Shown: piece by piece, positions 1 to 10,732 of the stretch | How positions within the stretch are numbered: position 1 is the stretch's first letter | Layout of the letters: each line of letters opens with the position of its first letter | NCBI GenBank assembly: GCA_963769025.1 | Contig: CAVYKI010000009.1 | Span: forward strand, 704,001 to 768,000 | Reading direction: 5' to 3' | DNA: 64,000 nt | Source: an uncultured Verrucomicrobiae bacterium | Lineage (GTDB): Bacteria > Verrucomicrobiota > Verrucomicrobiia > Chthoniobacterales > Chthoniobacteraceae | Made by a program: the position numbers and the translations under genes | Notes under the pieces: model-generated | The model's database searches: none | The model's input: the letters and a program-made list of their open reading frames with translations, nothing else | Told to the model about the DNA's origin: nothing

Positions 1-6
1 TGCAAA

Positions 7-2283
7 ATGACCGGCCTCGACCGCGGGGAACTCATCGGCGTCGGGGCGCCGCACCCCTACTGGCCGCCGGAAGAATTCGATCGGATCCAGACCGCCTTTG
101 GCGAAACCATGAACGGCAACTTTGCCGACTGCGAACTGACCTTCATGCGCAAGAACGGGGAACGCTTTCCGGTCATCGTCAGCCCTTCCGCCCTCCGAGA
201 TGGCGACGGCAAAGTGGTCAACTATCTGGCAACGGTGAAGGATGTCACCGAGCGGATCCGCCGTGAGGAATCGCTGCGGATCGCCAACCAGAAGGTGAAG
301 CTGCATTTCGAGCACACGCCGATGGCCGTCATCGAGTGGGACATCGACTTCCGCGTGACGCGGTGGAATCCCTCGGCGCAGACGATTTTCGGTTTCAGCG
401 AGGAGGAGGCGATGGGGCAACATGGCTCCTTCATCGTTCCGGAAAAGTTTCGCCCCCATGTGGACGAGGTGTGGCAGGCATTGCTGAAGAAGAGCGGCGG
501 GGAACGGAGCTCCAACGAAAATATCCGCAAGGACGGCGCGCAAATCCTCTGCGAATGGTACAATACCCCGATCGTCGATGCGCAGGGCATCGTGGCCGGG
601 GTGGCTTCGCTCGTGATGGACATCACCGACCGCAAGCACGCGCAGCGGTTGCTCGCGTGGGAAAAGAACGCCATGGAACTCATCAGCGGCCCGGCATCCC
701 TCCACGACGTGCTGGCCGGGCTGATGTACGGCCTGGAAAAACAGGCGCCCGGCGCGCTGTGTTCCATACTCCTGCTCGACGCAGATGGCATCCACCTGCG
801 GCACGGGGCCGCACCAAGCCTGCCGGAGGAATACAACCGCGCCATCGACGGTGCCGCCATTGGGCCCGCAGTCGGCTCATGCGGCACGGCCGTCTATTAC
901 AACCGCCAGGTCATCGTTTCCGATATCGCGACTGATCCGCTGTGGGCCGACTACAAGGAACTCGCCCTCGGACACGGCTTGCGCGCCTGCTGGTCCACAC
1001 CGCTCCGGGGCACCATGGGCAAAATACTTGGAACATTTGCCATCTACTACCGCGAGCCGCGCGAGCCCCTCACGAGCGAATTGGAACTGATCGCGCGGGC
1101 GACCAACATCATCCGCATCGCCATCGAGCGAAAGCGGGCGGAGGACGAACTGCTGGAGAGCGAGGAAAAATTCCGCACGCTCTTCGAGAGTTCCAGCGAT
1201 GCGATTTTCCTGCTGCGCGGGGACCGGTCCATCAACTGCAACGCCCGCAGCCTGGAGGTATTCGGCTGCACATCACGCGACGAAATCCTGGGAAAGACGC
1301 CGCAGGACTTCTCGCCGCCATTCCAGCCGGACGGGCGGGACTCGCGCGAGGGCGCACTCGAAAAAATCACCGCGGCCCTGGCCGGTCAGCCGCAATTCTT
1401 CGAATGGATGCTCGCCCACCTCGACGGCACGCCATTCGCAGCCGAAGTGAGCCTGAACAAGGTGGTCCTCCGCGACGAAGTCCTCCTGCAAGCGATCGTC
1501 CGCGACATCAGCGGACGCAAACGCGCGGAGGAGGAAATCCGCGCGCTCAACGCCGACCTGGAGCGACGGGTGGAGGAGCGCACGGGCGAACTTCAGGCCG
1601 CCAACAGGGAACTGGAGGCGTTCAGCTATTCCGTTTCGCACGACCTCCGCGCGCCCCTGCGGGCGATGGACGGCTTCTCACGTATCGTCGCAAAGGAATA
1701 CGCGGACCGGCTCGATGAAAAAGGCCGCGAGATGCTCGGCATGATCCGCGGCGGGGCAAAGCAGATGGGCCGGCTCATCAGCGACCTGCTCGCCTTTTCC
1801 AGGATCGGCCGCCAGACGCTGGAGCCGGAGGAAATCGACATGCACGCGATGGCGCAGCGGGTCTTCGACGAACTGGCCGCGCTCGATCCGGACCGGAGGC
1901 TTCACCTTTTGCTCCACCCGCTCCCACCGGCCCACGGCACCAAGGCGATGGTCCGGCAGGTGTGGGCAAACCTGATCAGCAACGCCATCAAGTTCACCAG
2001 CGGGCGCGACGTGGCGGAGATCGAAATCGGCGCGAAGGTGGGCGCGGACGGCGCACAGATCTACTTCGTGAAGGACAACGGCGCAGGCTTTGAAATGGAA
2101 CAGTCGGACAGGCTCTTCGGAGTCTTCCAGCGGCTGCATACCGTGGAGGAATTCGACGGCACCGGCGTCGGCCTCGCACTCGTCCAGCGGATCGTTCAGC
2201 GCCACGGAGGCTGGGCGTGGGCGGAGGGAGCGGTCGATCGAGGCGCCACGTTCTCCTTTACGCTCCAGATTCCGAAAAAATAG
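7..2283 (+). CDS. PAS-PAS-GAF-PAS sensor histidine kinase (probably 5'-truncated by window edge)
   Basis: PAS/PAC motifs, GAF (GSCGTA), H-box FSYSVSHDLRAPLR, N-box NLISNAIKF, G-boxes DNGAGF and GTGVGL. Confidence 0.92.
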   Translation: MTGLDRGELIGVGAPHPYWPPEEFDRIQTAFGETMNGNFADCELTFMRKNGERFPVIVSPSALRDGDGKVVNYLATVKDVTERIRREESLRIANQKVKLHFEHTPMAVIEWDIDFRVTRWNPSAQTIFGFSEEEAMGQHGSFIVPEKFRPHVDEVWQALLKKSGGERSSNENIRKDGAQILCEWYNTPIVDAQGIVAGVASLVMDITDRKHAQRLLAWEKNAMELISGPASLHDVLAGLMYGLEKQAPGALCSILLLDADGIHLRHGAAPSLPEEYNRAIDGAAIGPAVGSCGTAVYYNRQVIVSDIATDPLWADYKELALGHGLRACWSTPLRGTMGKILGTFAIYYREPREPLTSELELIARATNIIRIAIERKRAEDELLESEEKFRTLFESSSDAIFLLRGDRSINCNARSLEVFGCTSRDEILGKTPQDFSPPFQPDGRDSREGALEKITAALAGQPQFFEWMLAHLDGTPFAAEVSLNKVVLRDEVLLQAIVRDISGRKRAEEEIRALNADLERRVEERTGELQAANRELEAFSYSVSHDLRAPLRAMDGFSRIVAKEYADRLDEKGREMLGMIRGGAKQMGRLISDLLAFSRIGRQTLEPEEIDMHAMAQRVFDELAALDPDRRLHLLLHPLPPAHGTKAMVRQVWANLISNAIKFTSGRDVAEIEIGAKVGADGAQIYFVKDNGAGFEMEQSDRLFGVFQRLHTVEEFDGTGVGLALVQRIVQRHGGWAWAEGAVDRGATFSFTLQIPKK

Positions 2284-2397
2284 GGCGTCGTTCCGGGAAA
2301 CACGGCGTGGATTGCGCCGCCGTTCACGGATGGAACACGGACGTGTCCCGCAAAGGGGTGTTTTAGCGGAGGAAGCGTACCCGTCTGAACGGGGCTG

Positions 2398-3165
2398 CTA
2401 CCGCTTGGCGGGCTTGAGCGGATCGTTCGCGCCGGCGGGAGTCGCGGCGCCGAGCTGAGCGATCTCCACGCGGCGCTTTTCAGCCTTCGCGGCGGCTGCA
2501 TCCGCCTGCCGGACCTTTTGCGAAGCCGCATCCATCGCCTCTCGTGCGTTGAAGCCCGCATTGATGGTGGCCTGCTCGGCCTTGTACAATTGCCGTCGCA
2601 AATCAGTCGTCGTCGGTCCCTGCTGTTTCGTGCGGCTTGCCTTCGGGCCGGAGGCCGCTGGCTCGGCAGTCGATATTCCAGCCAATGCGCGCATTTCCGC
2701 CGACACCAATGCCGTCCTCAGTTCGATTTCCTCGACGCGTTTTGCCGATGCCTCGCGGCTTTTCGCATGCGCAGTGCCCAGCAACCTGAGCCCCTCCGCC
2801 TTCAGCTTCTCTGCGGTGATTTGCAGATCGAGAAGTTCCAAATCCCGCGTGAGGCGCTTCCGGTTGGCATCCAGTTTGCCGAGTTCGCCCGTCGACTCGG
2901 TCGTCGCGCCGCCGACTTTGCCGATGCTCTTTTCCAGTTCTTCGATTTCGCTTTTTCCCTTTTTCAGATCCTCCGCCAGGCGATCCGCCACCGTCTGCTT
3001 CGCCGCCAGCTTTCGTTCAAACTCCCCCTTCTTCGCCTCTTCGACGAGCGCCTGCGCATTGGCCCGCGCGCCAGTCTGGCAAATCGCCTTTTGCGGCAAC
3101 GCAAACGCGATCAGCGACGCAATGGAGCACGTGACAAGACGGAAGGAATGATGGGGTTTCTTCAT
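2398..3165 (-). CDS. Secreted coiled-coil hypothetical protein
   Basis: Signal-peptide-like N-terminus followed by an Ala/Glu/Lys-rich heptad-like sequence. Confidence 0.7.
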   Translation of the reverse strand: MKKPHHSFRLVTCSIASLIAFALPQKAICQTGARANAQALVEEAKKGEFERKLAAKQTVADRLAEDLKKGKSEIEELEKSIGKVGGATTESTGELGKLDANRKRLTRDLELLDLQITAEKLKAEGLRLLGTAHAKSREASAKRVEEIELRTALVSAEMRALAGISTAEPAASGPKASRTKQQGPTTTDLRRQLYKAEQATINAGFNAREAMDAASQKVRQADAAAAKAEKRRVEIAQLGAATPAGANDPLKPAKR

Positions 3166-3264
3166 GCCGCGCTTCTACACGCGGGACGGCGGACTTCACA
3201 AGGAATTTGCCGCTCCTTCGGCCCGCGCGGAGCAGTGCGGCGAAGGCGAAGCGTCAAACCCCGG

Positions 3265-4041
3265 TCACGCTGTCGGCAACTCACGCGCCGGTTCGAATTC
3301 GTCCTTCAATCCGAAGCCGCTCAGGCTGCGATTCCGTGACTCGCCGAGCAGCCAGCGGAGCTTGGCGGCGGCCTGCGCGGCGCTCAGGCCGTGCGTGCTG
3401 ATGTTCGAGACGCAGTTGCGCTGCGCGTCGGTATTGCCGCGTCGCGGGGAATGCACGAGATAGGCGCCGAGGCTGTCGGGCGAGACAAGGCCCGGACGCT
3501 CGCCTAGCAGGATGAGCGCGATCTTGGCGCCGAGCAGTTCGCCGATGTGATCCTGCAGCGCCACGCGCCCGCGCCGCGCCATGCACACGGGAGCCAGGCA
3601 CCAGCCGTCGGCACGAAGCAGCGGAAGCAGTTCGTGAAGGACGGCGGCGGCGTGCGTCTCGACCGCCAGCGTCGAGAGTCCTTCGCTGATGATGATTGCG
3701 AGGTCGCACCCGGGATTCGCAATTGGCTTCAGCCTTTCCGCGGATTCCGGCGCAAGCTGCCGCCCGAGATCCGGACGGAGGAGAAATTCATCCAAATCTC
3801 CCGCCGCGCTCTGCAGACGAAAAACGGGAGCGCCCGACGCCGCTTCCAGCGCCTGAACGAGGTGCTCTTCATCCAGCGGACGCAACAGCGCGTCGCGCGC
3901 ACGGGCGTGGGCGAGCCGGAAATCGAGCAGCGCGCCGGTGGGCAGGCTGCCACCCGCGCGACCGAGCGCGACGCGCGCAGGAGTCCAGCGCCGCAGCATC
4001 TGCCACGCGGAGCGCTCTGTGTTTGCGGGCTCCTCTCTCAT
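3265..4041 (-). CDS. eutC: Ethanolamine ammonia-lyase light chain
   Basis: TPARVALGRAG, AHARARDA, GERPGL..PDSLGAY, RNCVSNI; ATG at 4041 overlaps the eutB stop (ATGA). Confidence 0.95.
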   Translation of the reverse strand: MREEPANTERSAWQMLRRWTPARVALGRAGGSLPTGALLDFRLAHARARDALLRPLDEEHLVQALEAASGAPVFRLQSAAGDLDEFLLRPDLGRQLAPESAERLKPIANPGCDLAIIISEGLSTLAVETHAAAVLHELLPLLRADGWCLAPVCMARRGRVALQDHIGELLGAKIALILLGERPGLVSPDSLGAYLVHSPRRGNTDAQRNCVSNISTHGLSAAQAAAKLRWLLGESRNRSLSGFGLKDEFEPARELPTA

Positions 4042-5393
4042 GACGAAGAATCCAGCAGGCGGTGAGGCAGCGGGCTCGCCTTTGCGGTGTCCGCGAGCAA
4101 CCGGCGGTCCGGCCCCGTGATGGCGTGACTTTCCAGCCACGCCTCATACTCCGGCGCCGGCCGCAGCCCGAGCACCTGGCGGAGATATTGTGCATCGTGG
4201 AACGACGTGGACTGGTAGCTGAGCATCACGTCATCCGCGCCCGGCACGCCCATGATGTAATTCACCCCGGCCACGCCGAGCATCGTGAGCAGCGCATCCA
4301 TGTCGTCCTGATCCGCTGCGGCGTGGTTCGTGTAACACACATCGCAACCCATCGGCAGGCCGAGCAGCTTGCCGCAAAAGTGATCCTCCAGCCCCGCGCG
4401 CAGAATCTGTTTCCCGTCCGCCAGATATTCAGGCCCGATGAATCCCACGACGGTATTTACCAGCAGTGGCGAAAATGCGCGCGCCACCGCGTAGGCCCGC
4501 GCCTCCAGCGTCTGCTGATCCACGCCGTGATGCGCGTCCGCCGAGAGGCACGAACCCTGCCCCGTTTCGAAATACATCACATTCTCCCCCACCGTCCCGC
4601 GCTTCAGCGAAAGCGCCGCCGCGCGCGCCTCGCCGAGCAGCTTCAGGCTCACGCCAAAGCTCGCATTCGCCGCCTCCGTGCCGGCGATGGATTGGAAGAC
4701 GAGGTCCACCGGCACGCCGCTTTCGATCGCGCGCAGCTGCGTCGTCACATGCGCGAGCACGCACGCCTGCGTCGGGATGGCGTAGGTCTCGATCATTTCA
4801 GCGAGCAGCTTCGTGAGGTGCTCGAATGACGCGACATTGTCCGAAGCCGGGTTGATGCCGATGACCGCGTCGCCGCAGCCCATCAGCAATCCATCGAGGA
4901 TGCTCGCCGCGATGCCCGACGGATCGTCCGTCGGATGATTCGGCTGCAACCGCACCGACAGCCGTCCCGGCAGGCCGAGCGTGTTGCGGAAGCGCGTGAC
5001 CACGGAGCATTTCTTCGCCACGAGCACCAGATCCTGGTTGCTCATCAGCTTGCTCGTGGCGGCGACCATTTCCGGCGTCAGCCCCGGCGCCAGCGCGCGC
5101 AATGCCTCCGTGCCGGCTTCATATTCAAGCAGCCATTCGCGGAACCCGCCGACGCTCAATCCGCGCACGGGGGCGAACGCCTCCGCGTCATGCGTGTCGA
5201 GGATCAGCCGCGTGACCTCGTCGCTTTCGTAGGGAATGAGCGGCTCCTCGAGAAAGCGAGTCAGCGGCACATCCGCCAGTTCCTGCTGCGCCCGGATGCG
5301 TTCCTCCTGCGTCCCGGCCGCAATTCCCGCCAGCACATCCCCCGACCGCAACGGAGATGCCCGAGCCAGCAATGTCTTAAGGCCGGTGCCCAT
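4038..5393 (-). CDS. eutB: Ethanolamine ammonia-lyase heavy chain
   Basis: LRSGDVLAG, RLQPNHPTDD, GDAVIGINPA, MYFETGQGS, NTVVGFIGPEYL, GCDVCYTNH. Confidence 0.96.
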   Translation of the reverse strand: MGTGLKTLLARASPLRSGDVLAGIAAGTQEERIRAQQELADVPLTRFLEEPLIPYESDEVTRLILDTHDAEAFAPVRGLSVGGFREWLLEYEAGTEALRALAPGLTPEMVAATSKLMSNQDLVLVAKKCSVVTRFRNTLGLPGRLSVRLQPNHPTDDPSGIAASILDGLLMGCGDAVIGINPASDNVASFEHLTKLLAEMIETYAIPTQACVLAHVTTQLRAIESGVPVDLVFQSIAGTEAANASFGVSLKLLGEARAAALSLKRGTVGENVMYFETGQGSCLSADAHHGVDQQTLEARAYAVARAFSPLLVNTVVGFIGPEYLADGKQILRAGLEDHFCGKLLGLPMGCDVCYTNHAAADQDDMDALLTMLGVAGVNYIMGVPGADDVMLSYQSTSFHDAQYLRQVLGLRPAPEYEAWLESHAITGPDRRLLADTAKASPLPHRLLDSSS

Positions 5394-5594
5394 GTCGGCA
5401 AGCATCCGCCATCACGCACGGCAGCCAAGCAGAAACACTCCGCGTGCCGGCAGCGTCGCACTTTGGGAAATGGAGATGACGGACGCAATGCTCGCGGGTT
5501 GGTGGGATTCGTCCTGAGGTGCCCTCGCGCTTACTGGTGGAAGAGAACGGCGAATCTCCGCTACGATGCCGCACGACATGATGAGACGCGCGGC

Positions 5595-6866
5595 ATGAAC
5601 GTTCCCGAATCACCCCCGGAGCAGGATTCGACTCCGCCCATGGCGGGGTCGGACCATCCGTACGCGGTGCTGCGCAACCGCAATTTCCTCCTCTACCTTG
5701 TCGGGCGATTCGTCGCCTCCATCGGCCAGCAGATGCTCACGGTCGCGGTCGGCTGGGAGCTTTATGAGCGCACGCATTCGGCACTGAATCTCGGCCTCGT
5801 CGGGCTCACGAACATGGTGCCGATGTTTCTGTTCACGCTACCGGCCGGCCACCTCGCGGACACGCTGAACCGCAAGCGGATCATCCTGGCGATGCTCGCG
5901 CTGTCGGCCGCGGCGAGCGTCGGGCTGGCCGTGGCCTCGGCGCTGCATGCACCGGTGGTGTGGACGTATGCGGCGCTGTTTCTTGCAGCCACGGCGCGGA
6001 CATTCATGTGGCCCGCGAGCGCGGCGTTCCTCCCGCAGCTCGTGACTCGAAATGACTTCGCGCGCGCGGTGACCTGGTCCACAGGGAGCTTCCAGCTTTC
6101 CTGCGTCGCCGGGCCCGCGGCGGGCGGCGCGATCATCGCGATGACGGGCTACGCCGCGCCGGTGTACGTGCTGAATGCGGTCGCAGTGCTGGTCTGCCTG
6201 ACGCTCATGGGCATGGTGCATTACCACCGCACCGTCGCGCCCCGCGGTCGGATGACACTTGCGAGCCTCGCGATGGGATTCCGGTTCGTGTTCTCGACGA
6301 GAATCATCCTCGGCATCATCACGCTCGACATGTTCGCGGTGCTGCTCGGCGGCGCCACGACGCTCCTGCCGGTGTTTGCAAAAGACATCCTTCACGTGGG
6401 GCCGCACGGCCTGGGGATCCTGCAGTCCGCCCTGCCAATCGGCTCGCTCTGCTGCGCGCTCGTGGTGGCGCACCGGCCTCCGTTTGCAAAGGCCGGGCGG
6501 GCCCTGCTCGCGGCGGTGGTGGTCTTCGGGTTGGCGACGATCGGCTTCGGCTTGTCCACGTCGTTCGCGTTCTCCTTTGTCATGCTCCTGCTCTGCGGCG
6601 CTGCGGATAACGTCAGCGTGATCATCCGCCACACCATCGTGCAACTGCTCACACCCGACGACAAACGCGGCCGCGTCTCCGCCGTGAACAGCCTCTTCAT
6701 CGGCACATCGAACGAACTTGGCGGCTTCGAGTCCGGCGTGGTCGCGCACTGGCTGGGTCCAGTGCTCTCGGTCGTGACTGGCGGCGTGGGGACGATCCTC
6801 GTCGTGCTCGCCGTCGCGCTCATCTGGCCGGAGGTGCGCCGCCACGGACGCCTCGTGGCGGAGTGA
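5595..6866 (+). CDS. MFS transporter (EntS/macrolide-efflux-like family)
   Basis: About 12 hydrophobic segments, motif A-like AGHLADTLNRKR, LDMFAVLLGGAT, RGRVSAVNSLFIGTSNELG; start chosen at ATG 5595. Confidence 0.9.
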   Translation: MNVPESPPEQDSTPPMAGSDHPYAVLRNRNFLLYLVGRFVASIGQQMLTVAVGWELYERTHSALNLGLVGLTNMVPMFLFTLPAGHLADTLNRKRIILAMLALSAAASVGLAVASALHAPVVWTYAALFLAATARTFMWPASAAFLPQLVTRNDFARAVTWSTGSFQLSCVAGPAAGGAIIAMTGYAAPVYVLNAVAVLVCLTLMGMVHYHRTVAPRGRMTLASLAMGFRFVFSTRIILGIITLDMFAVLLGGATTLLPVFAKDILHVGPHGLGILQSALPIGSLCCALVVAHRPPFAKAGRALLAAVVVFGLATIGFGLSTSFAFSFVMLLLCGAADNVSVIIRHTIVQLLTPDDKRGRVSAVNSLFIGTSNELGGFESGVVAHWLGPVLSVVTGGVGTILVVLAVALIWPEVRRHGRLVAE

Positions 6867-6993
6867 GTCGCGGCGGAGCGAGGAGGCATCCGCGGCACGG
6901 CGTCGCTTCATGCGGCCCGCGCGGCTCCGGGAATGGCGATTGCTATTTGACGGAGTGGCTCACGCGGGTTACCTGCGCGCGTCCGCCAGTATC

Positions 6994-7500
6994 TTGAATC
7001 GCACCGTCTATCCTCTTCTGACCGTTGCCATGTTCGCCATGGCGGCCTGCGCCTCGGCTGAAGAGTCCCTGTTCAACAAGGCGAAAGCGAAACCCCTCAC
7101 GAAGGAACAGCGTTCGCTCTTCGGTCCGAAGTCCGGATCCATTTCATACGACCCGAGGATGATCCGCGCCGCGGAAATCGCGAAGCGGCGGGCACAGGTG
7201 AAGACGACGTGGCACTGCTGGAAATACGTGAAGGACGCGCTGCTCGCCGCGAATGTCGTGAGCAGCCGCCCGACGACCGCGTGGGCCAAGCAGGCGGGCG
7301 ACGAACTCTGCCGCAAATACGGTTTCACGAAGCTCAAGATCACCAACCCCTACAAGGCGCCCATCGGGGCAGTCGTGGTGTATGGCGGACCGGACGCCGG
7401 GCATGTGGAGATCCGGACGAAGGACGGTTTCGTCAGCGATTTTGTCTCCCGCACCGCGTATCCGCGCCCGCTCGTGGGGGTGTTCGTGAAGGCGTCGTAG
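6994..7500 (+). CDS. Secreted CHAP/NlpC-P60-like putative cysteine amidase
   Basis: Signal peptide from TTG 6994 (start uncertain); Cys in HCWKYVKDAL and His in GAVVVYGG..AGHVEI fit a papain-like amidase. Confidence 0.6.
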   Translation: MNRTVYPLLTVAMFAMAACASAEESLFNKAKAKPLTKEQRSLFGPKSGSISYDPRMIRAAEIAKRRAQVKTTWHCWKYVKDALLAANVVSSRPTTAWAKQAGDELCRKYGFTKLKITNPYKAPIGAVVVYGGPDAGHVEIRTKDGFVSDFVSRTAYPRPLVGVFVKAS

Positions 7501-7548
7501 CGACCCGTCCGCGCCGCGGGATCGGGCGGAACGAGATCCCAATTTTAC

Positions 7549-7830
7549 CCGCAGTTCCGGCGCATACGGCGACCACCAGCCCCACGCGATCACGCGCCCA
7601 TGGCGCACCACCATGAAGCTGTGCAGTTCGCTCTTCGTCTGCGCGATTCCGCCGAGGAATGCGAGAATGGCCGATGACGCCACGCCCTCTGCCTCGGGTG
7701 TGCTGCGCGCGAGCCCTGCTCCGCCGATCGCCAATGTTTCACCAACGCTCCAAGGCACCAGCGAGCCGACGCCTGCGCCGATGCCCGCGATGCCGAACTG
7801 CCTGAGGAAACTGCGACGGGTGGAATTCAT
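7549..7830 (-). pseudogene. N-terminal fragment of a Tat-exported serine hydrolase (beta-lactamase class C-like)
   Basis: TRRSFL Tat signal and LARSTPEAEGVASSAI..LHSFMVVRHGRVIAWGWWSPY; similarity stops before the SxxK motif. Confidence 0.75.
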
Positions 7831-8012
7831 GCAGCCGGTGTCGGTGATGCGAAAAGCGAAGAAAAGCGCGCGCTGGACCCCCGGCCCGAGGCGAGTCGAG
7901 GCCTCGCTGACCGCGCGTTTGCGCAGCCGAACGGCATGGACTCCCGCATCCTCGGTCGGTGCGCGTTGCTCGCACTTGCGGACGCGGCACGAAACCTGCC
8001 CCTCATCAGCGC

Positions 8013-8162
8013 ATGAATCGACCCCTCGCCAATTTCGTCGGCTGGACGGCCTCGCTCCTGTTCATCGTAACCGCAACCGTCCTGTGGACGATCGCCGCGC
8101 TGCTCGTCTGGTCGAGCGGCAACCGGACTGCGACATGCACAGTGCCGCGGTTCGCGAGGTAG
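8013..8162 (+). CDS. Possible small single-TM membrane protein (49 aa)
   Basis: ATG start and one strongly hydrophobic stretch; no recognisable family. Confidence 0.35.
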   Translation: MNRPLANFVGWTASLLFIVTATVLWTIAALLVWSSGNRTATCTVPRFAR

Positions 8163-8300
8163 GGCGCCCGGCTGGCGTTTGCTTCGAAGGCGCGACCGCG
8201 GACCGATCCCTTGCCTTTGCGAGGTTCTCCGGTATATGCCGCTGCGTGACGGATGCGCTGACGCGCCATCGCATGACGCCGTCAACCCCCACCCCACCTC

Positions 8301-8681
8301 ATGAAATACTTCGTCACCGACCATAACGACGAAGTTCAAGGGCCCCACACCTTGGACGAAATTAGAAAGCTCCTCGCTTCCGGCGGCGTCGAAACAAGCT
8401 CGTTGCTCTGCGAGGAAGGCTCAGAGACGTGGCAACCGCTCGATTCCATCCTGACGCCCGCCCCGGAACCGATTCCTCCACCGGAACCTGTCACGCCTGC
8501 ACCAATCGCCTCGGCGACTGCGGCGCCTGTCGCGTCATCACGGCCGCCCTCCGCACCACCATCACGGGAAACGGCGGTGCGTGCTTCAAAGAGCCCGGTG
8601 AACGTCGGCATCGTTGTCGGCATCGTTGTCGCATTGGCGCTGCTTTTTTTCGCAGCCTATTTTTTCGGACGGAAGCTCTAG
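8301..8681 (+). CDS. GYF_2/DUF4339-domain membrane protein
   Basis: KYFV...VQGPHTLDEIRKLLASG..LLCEEGSETWQPL, Pro-rich linker, C-terminal TM helix. Confidence 0.8.
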   Translation: MKYFVTDHNDEVQGPHTLDEIRKLLASGGVETSSLLCEEGSETWQPLDSILTPAPEPIPPPEPVTPAPIASATAAPVASSRPPSAPPSRETAVRASKSPVNVGIVVGIVVALALLFFAAYFFGRKL

Positions 8682-8837
8682 CATCGTACCCAGCCGCCGG
8701 CTCGCATCTGACCGGCTCCGACGTTCCCGCGCTCTGCGGAATGTGCTCGGAAAGGAATTTTTTGCGTCCTCTTGCCCTGAATGGGGATTCCGCTTGTCAG
8801 CCCGGGCCAGTTCCCCTTTTTGTCCGCCCGCACATCC

Positions 8838-10682
8838 ATGGCATCCAACTACACCGAAGCCAGCATCAAGACCCTCAGCTCGCTGGAGCACATCCGACTC
8901 CGGCCGGGCATGTATATCGGCCGACTCGGCAACGGCACGCATGCGGAGGACGGCATCTACGTGCTGCTCAAGGAGACGATCGATAACTCCATCGACGAAT
9001 TCATGATGGGCCAGGGGCGGAAGATCGAAGTCGAGATCACCGACCGCAGCGTGAAGGTGCGCGATTACGGCCGCGGCATCCCGCTCGGCAAGCTCGTGGA
9101 CTGCGTTTCGATCATCAACACGGGCGCGAAATACGACAGCGAGACCTTCCAAAAAGCCGTCGGGCTCAATGGCGTCGGCCAGAAGGCGGTGAACGCGCTC
9201 TCGCTCGAACTACCGCGCGCAGGCGATCCGCGAGGGCGAGACGAAGGTCGTCGAGTTTGAGAAAGGGAAGCTGAAGGCGCAGTCACGCGTGACGAAGACC
9301 GACGAGCGCAACGGCACGCTCGTCGAGTTCACGCCGGACGAGGCGCTCTTCGGCAAGGACTTCAAATTCCGCACCGAGTTCATCGAGGACATGCTGTGGA
9401 ACTACGCGTTCCTGAATCGCGGCCTCACGCTCACGCTCAATGGCAAGCCGTTCCGTTCGCAGCACGGGCTGAAGGATCTGCTCACGAAGGAACTCAGCGG
9501 CGAGCCGCTTTATCCCGATCATCCATCTCGAGGGCGACGACATCGAAATCGCGGTCACGCACGGCAATCACTACGGCGAGGAATACTGGTCCTTCGTCAA
9601 CGGCCAGCACACCACGATGGGCGGCACGCATCTCGCCGCATTCCGCGAGGCGTTCGTCGCGACGATCCGCAATCATTTCAAAAAGGACTTCGACGCCGCG
9701 GATGTGCGCCAGTCGATCGATGCCGCGATCGTCGTGCGCGTGCAGGAGCCGGTCTTCGAGTCGCAGACGAAGACCAAGCTCGGCTCCACCGAGATCGGGC
9801 CGAAGGGGCCGACGATCAAGGAATTCGTCGGCAAATTCGTGCAGCAGGCGCTCGACACCTACCTGCACAAGAACCGCGAGACCGCCGAAATCATCCGCAA
9901 GAAGATCGAGGAGAACGAGCACGAGCGGAAGGAACTCGCCGGCATCCGCAACATCGCCAAGGAGCGCGCCAAGAAAGCCTCGCTGCACAACAAGAAGCTC
10001 CGCGACTGCCGCCTGCACCTCGGCGACAAAAATCCGCGCGCCGAGGAGAGCACGCTCTTCATCGTCGAGGGCGACTCCGCCGCCGGCTCGCTCACCGCCA
10101 CGCGCGACGTGCAGACGCAGGCCGTCTTCGCGCTGAAAGGCAAACCGCTCAACACCTACGGCCTCACGAAAAAGGTCATCTACGAGAACGAGGAGTTTCA
10201 CCTTCTCCAGTCCGCGCTCAACATCGAGGACGGCCTCGACGGCCTGCGCTACAACAAGATCGTCATCGCCACCGATGCCGACGTGGACGGCATGCACATC
10301 CGCCTGCTGCTGCTCTCGTTCTTCCTGCAATTCTTCCCCGACGTCATCCGCAACAACCACCTCTTCATCCTGCAAACGCCGCTCTTCCGCGTGCGCAACA
10401 AGAAGGTCACGACGCTATTGCTACAGCGAGCAGGAGAAGCAGGCGGCCATCGCCGCGCTCGGCGCGAGCCACGAGATCACGCGCTTCAAAGGCCTCGGCG
10501 AAATCTCCGCCGGCGAGTTCAAGGACTTCATCGGCGAGAACATCCGCCTCGACCCGATCAACCTCCACCACCTCTACAGCACCGACGAACTGCTCTCCTT
10601 CTTCATGGGCAAGAACACGCCCGAGCGGCAGGAATTCATCATCGACAATCTGCGCGTGGAGAAAGATCTGATCGAGGCGTGA
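8838..10682 (+). CDS. parE: DNA topoisomerase IV subunit B (GyrB/ParE family), three apparent +1 frameshifts
   Basis: [66 protein letters not shown] across four frames (shifts near 9204, 9516, 10410). Confidence 0.9.
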
Positions 10683-10732
10683 TCGGCTCGCTTCCCGTTT
10701 TCTCCATCCCTCTCATTTCAGTCATTCCCTAG

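Noticed and set aside
5394..5594. Cobalamin riboswitch upstream of eutB
   Set aside because: No B12-box or conserved core recognisable by eye; a covariance-model search would be decisive.
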